Of a stretch of 64,000 nt of DNA, positions 50,132 through 60,542 are shown in pieces. The notes beneath the pieces were generated by a model. The model had not been told where the DNA came from. It saw only the letters and a program-made list of their open reading frames with translations, and made no database searches. The number at the start of each line of letters is the position of its first letter. The stretch's first letter is position 1. Location of the stretch: positions 8,597 to 72,596 of the forward strand of contig DASTWL010000080.1 of assembly GCA_035765895.1 (NCBI GenBank), in the 5' to 3' direction. The stretch comes from Verrucomicrobiia bacterium (GTDB taxonomy: Bacteria; Verrucomicrobiota; Verrucomicrobiia; Limisphaerales; DSYF01). The position numbers and the translations under genes were made by a program.

Positions 50132-52264
50132 TCAATCTGCGGTGGCCGGTGGTCGCACCGGGCGCAACAGCCACAACGCCACCAGCACCAGCGCCAGGGC
50201 GGGCAGCGTCATGGACCACGGGACGTAGGTCGCATCCTCCAGGCCGAAACGCGTCGTCAACGCGTGGGAGCGCGCCAACGTCACCGCCAGTCCGTTGTTC
50301 AATGCATGAATGATCATGCTGCAAAACAGCGAGCCTGTTTTCAGCACGATGTAGCCCAGGAGCAGGCCGAGGCAGAACGTCGGCAGCAGCCGGTAAATCG
50401 AAGCGTGCGCGACGGCAAACAAAAGTGAGGAAATCAGCAGCGCCGGCCACGGGCCCAGCCGCCGCAGGCCGGAGAGGATCAGGCCGCGGAACAGCAACTC
50501 CTCGCAACACGCCGGCGTTATCGCCATTACCAGCCACAACAGCCACAGCGGCGACTGGCTGTTCTCCAGCAGCACGATTTTCTCCAGCGCCTTGACGAGC
50601 GACTCGGGAGGCGGCAAGAGGCGCAACACCAGTCCGCCGACCGCCGCCCAGCCTGATACGCCAATCAAAATTGCAGCCAGCACGCCGCGCCATGGCGGCC
50701 GGCGCAAGGACAACGTCGCGCGCGGGGAAAACTTCATCAGCACCACGAGCGCCGCCACCGGCAGCAGGAAGAACGCGCCCTGGGTCGTCAGCACGGCGGT
50801 GATGACGCTGGCGTGCGCCAGCAGCAGGCTGCCGTAATAGGCGAGCACCATGGCGCCCGCGAACGTGGCCAGCGCCAGTGAGGGCGTCGGCGTGGCGCGG
50901 GATTGGTTTTCCGGGCGCAACAGGACGCCAATCGTTCCGCGGCCGCCCAGCAGAATCTGTTCACGCCCGAAGGTGCGGGCGGCGAACGCAATCGCCAGGG
51001 CGGCGTAAAGCAGGGAGGACAACACGGCGAGGAACAGCGTGTCGGCGCGGGCTTCGCCGAGGAAAAGCGCCTTCGTCAGCAGCGAAAGGTTCACCAGCGG
51101 CACAAAAGCGGTCCAGGCATTCAGACTGACGCCCGGCATCAGCACGGCGCCCATCGGCATCATGAGCAGCGTCAGGCTGGCGCCCAGGAAATTGCCTGCG
51201 TCCTTGGCGTCGCGGGCCAGCATCGCCACCGCGAGAAAGAACGAAGTGATGGTGAACGTGGCCGGCAGCAGCAGCGCAAACGCCAGCAGCACGGTGCCGG
51301 GCTGCAGGTTCAACAAGCTCAGCGAAGTGCCGGCGGCGGCGCGCGCAATGGTGGCCGCGATGCTCGCAGCGTTGGCCAGCGCGGCGAGCAGGCTGATGCA
51401 CCAAACAGTCAGGAATTTGCCCGCCACGATTTCGAGATTTTGCACGGGCGCGCACAGCAAGGTCTGCATCGTCGCGCGATCCTTTTCACCCGCGGTCAGG
51501 TCGATGGACGCATACATGGCGCCCGTGGCGGAGAGAAGAATGATGACGAACGGCAGCAGCAAACCGATTTTTTCACCGGTCTGCCGTTTCAGCGGCGCGA
51601 GGTTCAAGGAGCGAATCTCCACGCCGGTGGCGAAACCTTCGCTCAAACCATGCGCCTGCACCCGTTCGCGCACCAAGTGACGGCGGTAGGCGCCCAAGGC
51701 GTCGCGCAGCCGGTCGCGGGCCGCTTCGGAGCCCGGGCGCACCGAATCGTAGCAGATGGCAACGCGCCCCAAACTTTCGTCGGTCACCGCGCGCTGGAAA
51801 CCAGGCCAGGCAATCACAACGGCATCCAGCTTGCCGCCGAGCACGGCCGCCCGGGCGGTGTCCCACAGTTCCTTTTGCTGGCGACTGGCCGGCAGATTGG
51901 GGCCGAGCTGGGCCCGCTCCCGGCCGTCATCGTTGGTGCCATCTGGCGGCGGCAAATAACTTCCCGTGGCGAATCCCTCGCGAATGGCCGCGGTGGCGCC
52001 CGCCCAGTTGGTGACGCTGAGATGATTGGTGGCGTTCAGCCAGGCGATTAGTGCCGCCGGCGCTTCGCCCCAAACCCCCACCCGCGAAACACGCTCTTCC
52101 TGGGCCGCCTCCTGCGACGCTTGAATTTTGCTCAGGCCCAGAATCATCAGCGGATACAGCAGAATGGGCAGGCCGATGACGACGAACAGCGTCAGCCGGT
52201 CACGCAACGCCTCGGTGAGTTCCTTGCGGAAAATCGTCCAGATGATTTGCGGGCGCATGGTCAC
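50132..52264 (-). CDS. ABC-2 (NatB-like) permease fused to a CPBP (CAAX) intramembrane protease domain
   Basis: The N-terminus IIWTIFRKELTEALRDRLTLFVVIGLPILLYP, a large extracytoplasmic loop and 5 TM form the permease part. The C-terminal domain has the CPBP motifs CCEELLFRG, LFAVAHAS and IIHALNNG. The GTG start overlaps the ATPase stop; ATG 52258 is an alternative. Confidence 0.8.
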   Translation of the reverse strand: MTMRPQIIWTIFRKELTEALRDRLTLFVVIGLPILLYPLMILGLSKIQASQEAAQEERVSRVGVWGEAPAALIAWLNATNHLSVTNWAGATAAIREGFATGSYLPPPDGTNDDGRERAQLGPNLPASRQQKELWDTARAAVLGGKLDAVVIAWPGFQRAVTDESLGRVAICYDSVRPGSEAARDRLRDALGAYRRHLVRERVQAHGLSEGFATGVEIRSLNLAPLKRQTGEKIGLLLPFVIILLSATGAMYASIDLTAGEKDRATMQTLLCAPVQNLEIVAGKFLTVWCISLLAALANAASIAATIARAAAGTSLSLLNLQPGTVLLAFALLLPATFTITSFFLAVAMLARDAKDAGNFLGASLTLLMMPMGAVLMPGVSLNAWTAFVPLVNLSLLTKALFLGEARADTLFLAVLSSLLYAALAIAFAARTFGREQILLGGRGTIGVLLRPENQSRATPTPSLALATFAGAMVLAYYGSLLLAHASVITAVLTTQGAFFLLPVAALVVLMKFSPRATLSLRRPPWRGVLAAILIGVSGWAAVGGLVLRLLPPPESLVKALEKIVLLENSQSPLWLLWLVMAITPACCEELLFRGLILSGLRRLGPWPALLISSLLFAVAHASIYRLLPTFCLGLLLGYIVLKTGSLFCSMIIHALNNGLAVTLARSHALTTRFGLEDATYVPWSMTLPALALVLVALWLLRPVRPPATAD

Positions 52265-53022
52265 GAGGCGGCGGGAAGGGCGGGTGCTGCGCTGTTGCGC
52301 AGGCGAAACATGAACGCGTCGGTGAGGTTGGCGCAGCCGGTCCGGCCGAGGAGTTCCTCCAGCCGGCCGTGGTCGGTGATGCGGCCGGCGTTGAGGAACA
52401 GGATGCGATCACACAAACGCTCCGCTTCGCCCATGATGTGCGTGGAAAACAGCACCGCGCAGCCGGCGGCGCGTTTGCGGCGGATGGCCTCCACAATGAA
52501 CTCGCCGCTCACGATGTCGAGCGCGGCTGTGGGCTCGTCGAGGATGAGCACGTCGGGTTCGTGCAGAAAGGCGCGCGCGATGTTGGCCCGTTGCTTTTGG
52601 CCGGAGGACAATGTGCGGCACGGGCGATCGGCAAAGCCGGCCATTTCGAGCTCTTCAATCTGCCGGTCGATGCGCGGCTCGAGTTCCGCCGCCGGGATCC
52701 CATAAAGCCGGCCAAAATAACGCAGCACTTCGCGCGGCGAGAGCCGCTGGTAAAGCTGGGTGTCGCCCGAGAGAAAGCCGATGCGCTGCTTGGCGGCCAG
52801 CGTCTGCTGGTGCAAATCCGTTCCATTGACCAGCACGCGCCCGCCACTCGGCGTCAGAATGCCGGCGAGCATCCGGAGCGTGGTGGTTTTCCCGGCCCCG
52901 TTCGGCCCCAGCAGGCCCACCACTTCCCCGGCGCCGACGCTGAAGCTGACGCCCGCAACGGCAGTGATTCCGTCAAAGTGCTTCACCAAATCTTGAGCCG
53001 TGAGAACGTCAGGTTCGAGCAT
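52261..53022 (-). CDS. ABC transporter ATP-binding protein
   Basis: Walker A GPNGAGKTT, signature LSSGQKQR and Walker B LILDEPT. Confidence 0.9.
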   Translation of the reverse strand: MLEPDVLTAQDLVKHFDGITAVAGVSFSVGAGEVVGLLGPNGAGKTTTLRMLAGILTPSGGRVLVNGTDLHQQTLAAKQRIGFLSGDTQLYQRLSPREVLRYFGRLYGIPAAELEPRIDRQIEELEMAGFADRPCRTLSSGQKQRANIARAFLHEPDVLILDEPTAALDIVSGEFIVEAIRRKRAAGCAVLFSTHIMGEAERLCDRILFLNAGRITDHGRLEELLGRTGCANLTDAFMFRLRNSAAPALPAAS

Positions 53023-53145
53023 GAGCTTGTGGCGTGGCCATTAAACCGTCCGGACGGCGGGCGTCACGCAAAACTTTCAGCCCGGCCGCCGGCGCGGACC
53101 GGGCGAACCTACACTTGATGGCGCGTTTGCGGAAGCGAGCGGGCC

Positions 53146-53181
53146 AAAAGAAAAAGCCCGCCGGAACGGGCTCGGGCGGGC
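53146..53181 (-). terminator. Rho-independent terminator after the GNAT gene
   Basis: On the minus strand: GCCCGCC, a 12-nt loop and GGCGGGC, followed by TTTTTCTTTT. Confidence 0.7.
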
Positions 53182-53201
53182 ATTCGCGTGCGGCCAACGG
53201 T

Positions 53202-53786
53202 TCAACCAATGGCGGCCGTGTATTCCTCGTCGGTTTTCAGGTCCAGCCCCATCAGCACGAAGTCGTGCGTCTGGCGGGTCATGTCGATGACGTAATCGGG
53301 CAGGCTGTAGAGCTTGCGGAAGCCGAGGGTTTCGAGCGAATGCAGCGCGATGGTGCGTTCGCCGTTCAACTCCGCCTCCAGTTTCCAGAGCCCCAAATAG
53401 CGGGCGGCCGTGACGATTTCCTCGAGCAACAGCCGCGAAACGTCCCGGCCGCGATAGTTGGGGTGGGTCAACAGCGTGATCCGGCCGATGTGCCGCCGCC
53501 AGCCGCCCTGGCGTTGGTGCAGATTCACCCAGCCGATCATCTTTGGGCCATGCCACATCACCAGCGTCAGGTCCTGGTCGAAGTCGAGCCTGGTGCAGGC
53601 ATCGGTGAAGAACTTCTTGTCGGTGACGGGGCGTTCGATGAAGAGGCGCTCGGGCTCCGGAACGGCGTAAAAGAATTTTTGCAGCGCGTTGGCGTCGCGT
53701 TTGGACAACGGCCGGATGCACACCTCCGTGCCATCCTTCAGCCGGGCCTTGACCGGAAATTTTTCCAGGGCGTAATCGAGTGACAT
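53202..53786 (-). CDS. GNAT-family N-acetyltransferase
   Basis: Acetyl-CoA site-like HPNYRGRDVSRLLLEEIV and a GNAT beta-alpha pattern. Start at ATG 53786 within the longer track ORF. Confidence 0.7.
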   Translation of the reverse strand: MSLDYALEKFPVKARLKDGTEVCIRPLSKRDANALQKFFYAVPEPERLFIERPVTDKKFFTDACTRLDFDQDLTLVMWHGPKMIGWVNLHQRQGGWRRHIGRITLLTHPNYRGRDVSRLLLEEIVTAARYLGLWKLEAELNGERTIALHSLETLGFRKLYSLPDYVIDMTRQTHDFVLMGLDLKTDEEYTAAIG

Positions 53787-53995
53787 AACATTCCTTTCCC
53801 GCGGGCTCCTGCCCACGCCGTCATTCTGACAGGGCGTGACGCGGCCTCTGCCCCGAAATTGCCCAAGACGCACCAAGAATTGTTCCCTGCCGCGCGGCGC
53901 CGGCGGATTCGACACCCGGTCCCGCTAGCCGTAACCGGGCGGCGGCCAGCATTTCGGCATTGACCCATCCGGCCAGTGCCGCCATTTCAACGGCC

Positions 53996-54283
53996 ATGAA
54001 ATCGGCCTACGAACTGGCAATGGAGCGCCTGCAAAAGCAGGCGCCAACGGTCAAACTCAGCGCGGCACAAAAGGCGGCCATTGCCGAACTGGAGTCGCAA
54101 TTTGCCGCCCGCAGCGCGCAACGGGAAATTGGGTTAAAGGATGAAATCACGCGGGCCGAGAGCCAGGGTGATGCAGAGGAGGCCGCCAAATTGCGTGAAC
54201 AGCTTGCCCGCGAGAAGCAGAAGTTGCAGGCCGAATTGGAGGAGAAAAAGGAACGCGTCCGCCAGGGCCGGCTCGACGATTGA
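53996..54283 (+). CDS. Small charged coiled-coil protein, function unknown
   Basis: MKSAYELAMERLQKQ...AEEAAKLREQLAREKQKLQAELEEKKERV. The start could be TTG 53960. Confidence 0.5.
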   Translation: MKSAYELAMERLQKQAPTVKLSAAQKAAIAELESQFAARSAQREIGLKDEITRAESQGDAEEAAKLREQLAREKQKLQAELEEKKERVRQGRLDD

Positions 54284-54293
54284 AGTCCGTCTT

Positions 54294-54857
54294 TCAGCCG
54301 GCCCCCTGCGGGAGACCGCGTTGCCACAAGTCAAAGTGGTAAAGCGCCACTGCCACCAACGCGTGACGGATTTTGCCGGTGGCGATGAGGCGGGGGATGT
54401 CCGCGGCCGGCACCAGGCGCGTGACCAGGTCCTCACTGTGGTCCCATTCCACCGGATGCGTGAGGCGGCTGTTTTCGACCAGCACGGTGTAGCACGTGTT
54501 GCTCATGATGGCTGGATTGGGAAAGATTTCGCCAATGATGCGGGCATCGGTGCCGGTGTAGCCCGTTTCCTCGCGCAGCTCGCGTTCGCCGGCGGCCACG
54601 GGCGAGGTCTCGTGCGGATCCATCATGCCGCCCGGAATCTCCAGCTCCACGGTGTTCGAGCCGTGGCGGTATTGCTCCACCATGACCAGTTCCCGGTCAG
54701 GGGTCACGGCCACCACATTCACCCAGTTGACGGCATCAATGACGAAGAAGTCGTGTTCCCTGCCGGTGCGGGGCGACTGCTTGCGGTCGGACCGGATGGT
54801 GAAGATGCGAAAATCGCCGACGGGCTTGGTGCCGAGTTTGGGCCAGGGCTTGATCAT
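54294..54857 (-). CDS. NUDIX hydrolase (ADP-ribose pyrophosphatase-like)
   Basis: Nudix box GGMMDPHETSPVAAGERELREETGY. Confidence 0.85.
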   Translation of the reverse strand: MIKPWPKLGTKPVGDFRIFTIRSDRKQSPRTGREHDFFVIDAVNWVNVVAVTPDRELVMVEQYRHGSNTVELEIPGGMMDPHETSPVAAGERELREETGYTGTDARIIGEIFPNPAIMSNTCYTVLVENSRLTHPVEWDHSEDLVTRLVPAADIPRLIATGKIRHALVAVALYHFDLWQRGLPQGAG

Positions 54858-54938
54858 GGGTGAATGGGTTTGGGGCCACCGCGATGCGCGGGCCGCGCCC
54901 TCATGGTGCGCTGCTGGCCGCCGCCGTAAATCGCAAAT

Positions 54939-55133
54939 TCAAAAACCCCGTTCCTTGGCCGCCCAGCCTTCGCGCATCAATTGGAGCAGATGCGTCAGGG
55001 CTTGCTCATAGGTGCGGCCTTTTTGGACAGCCAGTTGGTGGGCGCGCTTGTCGAGTTGCGCGGCCATTGCGGCGGATTTTTCGGCCGGACAACCCATTGC
55101 GGTGAGCAATTGCGCCAGTTGTTCCAGGTCCAT
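54939..55133 (-). CDS. Small helical protein (64 aa), function unknown
   Basis: Clean 64-aa ORF with ordinary composition (MDLEQLAQLLTAMGCPAEKSAAMAAQLDKRAHQLAV...). No motif recognised. Confidence 0.4.
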   Translation of the reverse strand: MDLEQLAQLLTAMGCPAEKSAAMAAQLDKRAHQLAVQKGRTYEQALTHLLQLMREGWAAKERGF

Positions 55134-55169
55134 GAAAGAAAGGCGCGGGTGAGCTGCCCCACCCGCGCC
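55134..55169 (-). terminator. Candidate terminator after the cytoplasmic cyclophilin gene
   Basis: GGCGCGGGT (55142-55150) pairs with ACCCGCGCC (55161-55169). On the minus strand the stem is followed by TTTCTTTC. Confidence 0.45.
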
Positions 55170-55181
55170 GGGAAAGGCCGC

Positions 55182-55697
55182 TTATTGGGCCGGCTGGGCC
55201 GGGACGATTTTCACGCTCGTGACTTCCACGCGCATCGACGGTTTGCTGCGTTCGCCCATGCCGCCGGCACCGCACGGGATGTTGGCGATTTTCTCCAGGA
55301 CGTCGTCGCCCTGCGTCAACTTGCCGAAGGCCGTGTATTGCCGGTCGAGGAACGAGGCATCGCCGTGGACGATGAAAAACTGGCTGCCGGCGGAATTCGG
55401 ATCCTGGGAACGCGCCATCGAGATGACGCCGCGCTGGTGCGAACGGTCGTTGAACTCCGCCTTCACCTTGTGCCCGGGTCCGCCCGTGCCCCAAAGATGT
55501 TCCTTGCTCGGATCCTTCGTCAACGGGTCGCCGCCCTGGATCATGAAACCCTTGATGATCCGGTGAAAACAGGTGCCGTCGTAAAAGCCCTGCTGCGCGA
55601 GCGTTTTGAAGTTTTCGACCGTTTTCGGGGCGACGTCCGGCCAGAACTCGATGACCATGTCGCCCGCCGTGGTGCTGATGATGGCTACTTCACTCAT
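55182..55697 (-). CDS. ppiB: Peptidyl-prolyl cis-trans isomerase, cyclophilin type (cytoplasmic)
   Basis: FHRIIKGFMIQGGDP, GVISMARSQDPNSAGSQFFI and LDRQYTAFGKL. Confidence 0.9.
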   Translation of the reverse strand: MSEVAIISTTAGDMVIEFWPDVAPKTVENFKTLAQQGFYDGTCFHRIIKGFMIQGGDPLTKDPSKEHLWGTGGPGHKVKAEFNDRSHQRGVISMARSQDPNSAGSQFFIVHGDASFLDRQYTAFGKLTQGDDVLEKIANIPCGAGGMGERSKPSMRVEVTSVKIVPAQPAQ

Positions 55698-55718
55698 GAT
55701 GGATTTCGGGGTTGGTGA

Positions 55719-56405
55719 TTATTTGATGCTGTCGGCCGGAACAATCTTGATGCTTTCGACTGCTATACGCGTCTGCGGCTTGCTTGGCTCGCCCTGCGGG
55801 CTCATGCCGACGGGGATTTTTTCGATCTTTGCCAGAGTGTCTTCACCTTTGATGACCTTGCCAAAGGCAGTGTAGCGACCGTCGAGCGAAGTCGCCGGTC
55901 CAAAGCAAATGAAGAACTGTGACCCTGCGGTGTTGGCGAACTCCGCACGGGGCATTGCGCCGGTGCGCTCCAGCGGGTCTCCATTGCGCGCCATGGAGAG
56001 GACACCGCGGACGTGTTTGCGGTCGTTGAATTCAGCGGGGATCTTGTAGCCGGGGTCGCCGGTGCCGTATTCGGATTCTTTCGACGGATCCTTGGTTTTG
56101 GGATCGCCTAGCTGGACCATGAAGCCCGGGATCATCCGGTGCGACGCGGTGCCATCGTAAAAGCCCTTCTTCGCGAGCTTCTTGAAATTTTCCACAGTCT
56201 TTGGGGCAACATCGCTCCAGAATTCGACGACCATTTCCCCCTCGCTCGTCTTGATGACCGCCACTTCATTTGTCGAAGGTTTGACCGCTTCCTTCGATTC
56301 AGTCGTGGCTTCCGCCTTCTTCTCTTCCTTCTTGGCATCCTCGGCGCGGGCCAAGGTCAGCCCCAGCGTGAGGCTCAACGTGCAAATCATCCACAGATTT
56401 TTCAT
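55719..56405 (-). CDS. ppiA: Peptidyl-prolyl cis-trans isomerase, cyclophilin type (secreted)
   Basis: Signal peptide [21 protein letters not shown] from ATG 56405, then [23 protein letters not shown] and [11 protein letters not shown]. Confidence 0.9.
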   Translation of the reverse strand: MKNLWMICTLSLTLGLTLARAEDAKKEEKKAEATTESKEAVKPSTNEVAVIKTSEGEMVVEFWSDVAPKTVENFKKLAKKGFYDGTASHRMIPGFMVQLGDPKTKDPSKESEYGTGDPGYKIPAEFNDRKHVRGVLSMARNGDPLERTGAMPRAEFANTAGSQFFICFGPATSLDGRYTAFGKVIKGEDTLAKIEKIPVGMSPQGEPSKPQTRIAVESIKIVPADSIK

Positions 56406-56519
56406 AGGGGCGAAAAACTTCCACATCAACCCTCCAAAGTCACGCCTGGAATGGCTGGCGGCTTGCCACTGCTGGATTTCGTCGCTACAACGGCTGGGCG
56501 CGCCGCGCCACTTCCCGCC

Positions 56520-57647
56520 ATGAAAAAAATCAAGCGCATCGGCATCTTAACCTCCGGCGGCGACGCCCCCGGACTCAATGCAACCATCCGCGGCGTGGGC
56601 AAGGCCTGCCTCGGGCGCTACGGCATCGAGGTCATCGGCATTCGCGACGGCTTTCTGGGCTTGATCGAGAACCACACCCTGCGCCTGGACAAGGCCACGT
56701 TGGCGGGCATTCTCACCGTCGGCGGCACCATTCTGGGCACCAGCCGCATCAAGCCGCACCGGATGGAGGTGAAAGGCAAAATCCGCGACCTGCGCGACAC
56801 CATCGTCGCGAACTATCACCGCAACCGGCTCGATGCGCTGGTTTGCATCGGCGGCGGCGGCACGCAGAAGAACGCCCTGCGCCTCGTCGAAAAGGGCCTC
56901 AATGTCATCACCCTGCCCAAGACCATCGACAACGACGTGGCGCTGACGGACACCAGCTTTGGTTTTGACACCGCGCTCACCATCGCCACGGAGGCGGTGG
57001 ACCGGTTGCACAGCACAGCCCACAGCCATCACCGCATCATTGTGGCCGAAATCATGGGGCATCGGGCTGGCTGGCTGGCGTTGGGTGCCGGCATCGCCGG
57101 CGGCGCGGATGTCATTTTGATACCGGAAATCCCCTACGACGTGCAGCAGATTGCGAAAGCCATCCGCCGCCGCAGCGAACACGGCACCAATTTCAGCATC
57201 GTGGCCGTGGCGGAAGGCGCCTTGTCGCAGGAAAACGCCGCGTTGTTCAAGGCGGCCAAAAAACGCAAGGAAGCCGCGCGGTCGGCTTCCGCCAAAGCCA
57301 GGGCCAAGGCGGACCTGGCGGAATTGGACCGCGCCCACGCCGGCAACACGTTGCGGCTGGCGCATCAACTGGAAGAACTCACCGGCTTGGAGTCCCGCCT
57401 GTCGATTCTGGGTTACGTGCAACGGGGCGGAACACCATCGCCGGCCGACCGGCTCCTGGCCACGCGTTTGGGCACCGCCTGTGCGGAGTTGATCCATCAA
57501 CGGGTGTTTGGCGTGATGGTGGCGGCCCGCGGCGACGGCTGGCATCCCGTGCCGATTCGCGACGTGGCGGGCAATCGCAAGGAAGTGCCGCGCGATCACC
57601 AATGGGTGCAGGCCGCCCGGGCCGTGGGAACATGCCTGGGGGATTGA
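56520..57647 (+). CDS. pfkA: 6-phosphofructokinase
   Basis: [41 protein letters not shown] and [10 protein letters not shown]. Start at ATG 56520 within the longer track ORF. Confidence 0.9.
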   Translation: MKKIKRIGILTSGGDAPGLNATIRGVGKACLGRYGIEVIGIRDGFLGLIENHTLRLDKATLAGILTVGGTILGTSRIKPHRMEVKGKIRDLRDTIVANYHRNRLDALVCIGGGGTQKNALRLVEKGLNVITLPKTIDNDVALTDTSFGFDTALTIATEAVDRLHSTAHSHHRIIVAEIMGHRAGWLALGAGIAGGADVILIPEIPYDVQQIAKAIRRRSEHGTNFSIVAVAEGALSQENAALFKAAKKRKEAARSASAKARAKADLAELDRAHAGNTLRLAHQLEELTGLESRLSILGYVQRGGTPSPADRLLATRLGTACAELIHQRVFGVMVAARGDGWHPVPIRDVAGNRKEVPRDHQWVQAARAVGTCLGD

Positions 57648-57693
57648 TGCTGTGCGCTCGACTTGCCGGCGCACGCCGGATTAGCCTTTGTCC

Positions 57694-58656
57694 ATGAATT
57701 TCCTGGTCACCGGCGGGGCTGGCTTCATCGGTTCACACGTGTGTGAACGGCTGCTCCAGGACGGCCACGCGGTCTGGGCGTTCGACGACCTCAATCCGTT
57801 TTACGATCCGGCCCTCAAGCGCGCCAACATCCGCGACCTTCAATCACTCGCGAAACCCTTCGAGTTTGTCCAAGGCGACATTACCGACCGGGCCGCACTG
57901 GACGAATTATTTGCCAGCGTGCGGTTTGATCAGATGATTCATCTGGCGGCGCGGGCGGGCGTGCGGCCCAGCCTGCTGGAGCCGGCGCTTTACCAGCGCG
58001 TCAACGTCGAAGGCACGGTGAACCTGCTCGAAGCCGCGCGCCAGAACGGCGTGAAGAAGGTGACGCTGGCGTCGTCTTCCTCCGTTTACGGCGTGAATGC
58101 AAAGGTGCCGTTCAGCGAAAGCGATCCGATTTTCACCGCCATTTCGCCTTACGCGGCCAGCAAGCTGGCGTGCGAGGCGCTGGGCCATGTGTATCACCAC
58201 GTTTACGGGCTGGATGTGGCCATGCTGCGGTTTTTCACGGTGTATGGTCCGCGGCAACGGCCGGATCTGGCCATCCGCAAGTTTGCCACGCTGATGGCGG
58301 CGGGCAAGCCCATCGAAATGTTTGGGGACGGCTCGACGGCCCGGGATTACACCCACATCGATGACATTGTGGCTGGAGTTGTGGCTTGCACGACCCGGGA
58401 TTTTGGTTACGAAATCTTCAACCTCGGCGAATCCCAGACGGTGACCCTGGCGCGTTTGATCGAGTTGCTGGAGCAGGCCTTGGGCGTCAAGGCGGTGGTG
58501 CAGCGCAAGCCGGTGCAGCCCGGCGACGTGCCGATCACCTACGCCAATGTGGACAAGGCCCGGGCGAAACTGGGCTACCAACCGCGGGTAAAGATTGACC
58601 AGGGCATCCCGCGGTTTGTTGAATGGCTGCGGCTGCGGGCCGAAGGAACGAACTAA
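57694..58656 (+). CDS. NAD-dependent nucleotide-sugar epimerase/dehydratase (SDR, UDP-glucuronate 4-epimerase-like)
   Basis: MNFLVTGGAGFIGSH (Rossmann) and YAASKLACE (YxxxK). Confidence 0.85.
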   Translation: MNFLVTGGAGFIGSHVCERLLQDGHAVWAFDDLNPFYDPALKRANIRDLQSLAKPFEFVQGDITDRAALDELFASVRFDQMIHLAARAGVRPSLLEPALYQRVNVEGTVNLLEAARQNGVKKVTLASSSSVYGVNAKVPFSESDPIFTAISPYAASKLACEALGHVYHHVYGLDVAMLRFFTVYGPRQRPDLAIRKFATLMAAGKPIEMFGDGSTARDYTHIDDIVAGVVACTTRDFGYEIFNLGESQTVTLARLIELLEQALGVKAVVQRKPVQPGDVPITYANVDKARAKLGYQPRVKIDQGIPRFVEWLRLRAEGTN

Positions 58657-58657
58657 C

Positions 58658-59245
58658 ATGCAAGACGCGCAGAAGTATCAACGTCCGACCTTTGACGAGG
58701 CCCTCCACGAGTGGCAGAAAGTTCTCACCGGCAGCGGATTGCCCGCGGAATGCGAGTGGATTCTCGATGAAAACCTGATCTTCGAGAAGGATCCGGCGGC
58801 TCCCTCCGGCCTGCGGCTGGCGTATCAAACCCGGTTCACCCCCCGCCCCAAGGAGCTGAGCGAGGTGACCTACGAGTTCTTCAGCGATTTTGAGGCGCGG
58901 ATGGTGTTTTATCGCGTCGGCACGGCGCACGGCAAATCGGTCTGCCTGCTGTTGTGCGACCCGGTTTTCGAGACGCGCGGCCCGGCGGAAGGCTTTCTGC
59001 GGCGCGACGACTGGCTGATGTCCTTCCATCCCGGTGCCCAGCAGGAAATCGAGGAGGTGACCGACGTGCAGCGTTGGAAGAACCGCCTCGTCGGCGGCCG
59101 GCCGCTGGCCGATGTGGATTTTTGCCTGCCGCTCACGATCGTGCGCGAGCTGGAGGCCCACGGCCGCGTGTTGTCGCCGTATGAGCGATTTGGCGTCAAA
59201 ATGATCGAAGCCTGGAAGCGCTGGCAGCGCTCGTCCGAGCCTTAA
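58658..59245 (+). CDS. Hypothetical protein (195 aa)
   Basis: ATG 1 nt after the epimerase stop. Ordinary composition; no family recognised. Confidence 0.55.
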   Translation: MQDAQKYQRPTFDEALHEWQKVLTGSGLPAECEWILDENLIFEKDPAAPSGLRLAYQTRFTPRPKELSEVTYEFFSDFEARMVFYRVGTAHGKSVCLLLCDPVFETRGPAEGFLRRDDWLMSFHPGAQQEIEEVTDVQRWKNRLVGGRPLADVDFCLPLTIVRELEAHGRVLSPYERFGVKMIEAWKRWQRSSEP

Positions 59246-59327
59246 CCGCCGGAGCGTCGCCGGCGGTGGACCGCCCGGCCGTTGCCCGGGTGCCGGCCGG
59301 CCGGAGGCGACGTTTCGCCATCAATCC

Positions 59328-60455
59328 ATGACCAGCACTGAAAAACTTTTGCGCGCCCTGGTGGCGTTGCCCAGCGTCAACCCGGCATTCCTGCCGGCGG
59401 GCCACAAACGTGCCAACGAACAAAGCATCGCTGAATTCCTCGCGACGGTCGGCGCGCGCGCCGGATTGGAAGTGGAGTTGCAGCCGGTGCAGCCCGGACG
59501 GCCCAATCTCATCGCCCGCCTGACCCCGCGCGGCACGCCGCGGCAACGCGTTTTGCTCGCGCCGCATTTGGACACGGTCAACGGCACGGATGAACAGTTC
59601 ACACCCGTCACCAAACACGGCCGCCTGCACGGCCGCGGCGCCTGCGACACCAAAGGTTCCGTGGCCGCCATGTTTTCGGCCATGTGCGAACTGGCCCACG
59701 GCGACCGGCGGCCGGCCGAGACGGAAATTGTGTTCGCCGGTTTGGTGGATGAAGAGAACGCCCAGGCCGGCTCGCGCGCCCTGGTGGCGACCGGGTTCAA
59801 GGCGGATCTGGCCATAGTCGGTGAGCCCACGAAGCTTGCCGTGTTCACGGCGCACAAAGGGAACATCTGGATTCGCGTGGAAGCGAAGGGCAAGGCCGCC
59901 CACGGCGCCACGCCGCAGCTCGGCAAAAACGCCATTCATGCCATCGCGCACGCGGTGGAAGTGTTTGAAACCACTTACCGCGCGCAACTGGCCCGGCGCA
60001 AACACCCGCTCCTCGGCTCGCCAACGTCCAACGTCGGCGTGGTGACCGGTGGATCGCAGGCGAACATCGTGCCGGACCACTGTTTCATCGACATTGACCG
60101 GCGCACTTTGCCCGGTGAAACCGAGGCAGTCGTGCGGCGGGAGATTGCGGACCTGCTCAAGCAACACAAGCTGAAGGCGACGTTCAACTTCCTTAAAACC
60201 GCGCCCTGTCCGCCCATGGAAACCGACGTCCGCCTGCCGTTGGTGCAGCAGTTCTTGCGCAGCGCGGGGCAGTCCAAACCGCAGGGCGCGCAATATTTCT
60301 GCGACGCCGCCGTGTTGTCCGAAGCAGGCATCCCCAGCGTGGTGTTCGGTCCGGGTGACATTGCCCAGGCCCACACCACGGATGAGTGGCTTGAACTGGA
60401 ACAGCTTGAACGTGGGCGCCGGATGCTGGTCGAATTCCTGCATTCACTGCCATGA
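59328..60455 (+). CDS. M20-family deacylase (ArgE/DapE-like)
   Basis: APHLDTV, GRGACDTKG, VDEENAQAG and GPGDIAQAHTTDEWLE. Confidence 0.8.
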   Translation: MTSTEKLLRALVALPSVNPAFLPAGHKRANEQSIAEFLATVGARAGLEVELQPVQPGRPNLIARLTPRGTPRQRVLLAPHLDTVNGTDEQFTPVTKHGRLHGRGACDTKGSVAAMFSAMCELAHGDRRPAETEIVFAGLVDEENAQAGSRALVATGFKADLAIVGEPTKLAVFTAHKGNIWIRVEAKGKAAHGATPQLGKNAIHAIAHAVEVFETTYRAQLARRKHPLLGSPTSNVGVVTGGSQANIVPDHCFIDIDRRTLPGETEAVVRREIADLLKQHKLKATFNFLKTAPCPPMETDVRLPLVQQFLRSAGQSKPQGAQYFCDAAVLSEAGIPSVVFGPGDIAQAHTTDEWLELEQLERGRRMLVEFLHSLP

Positions 60456-60542
60456 AATCGCCAGTTCTCACGCTCGCAGGCCGCTTCGCATGAGCATTAT
60501 CTCCGTTTTGGCTCCATCCATCGCCGCGTTGCCCTGTCAACC

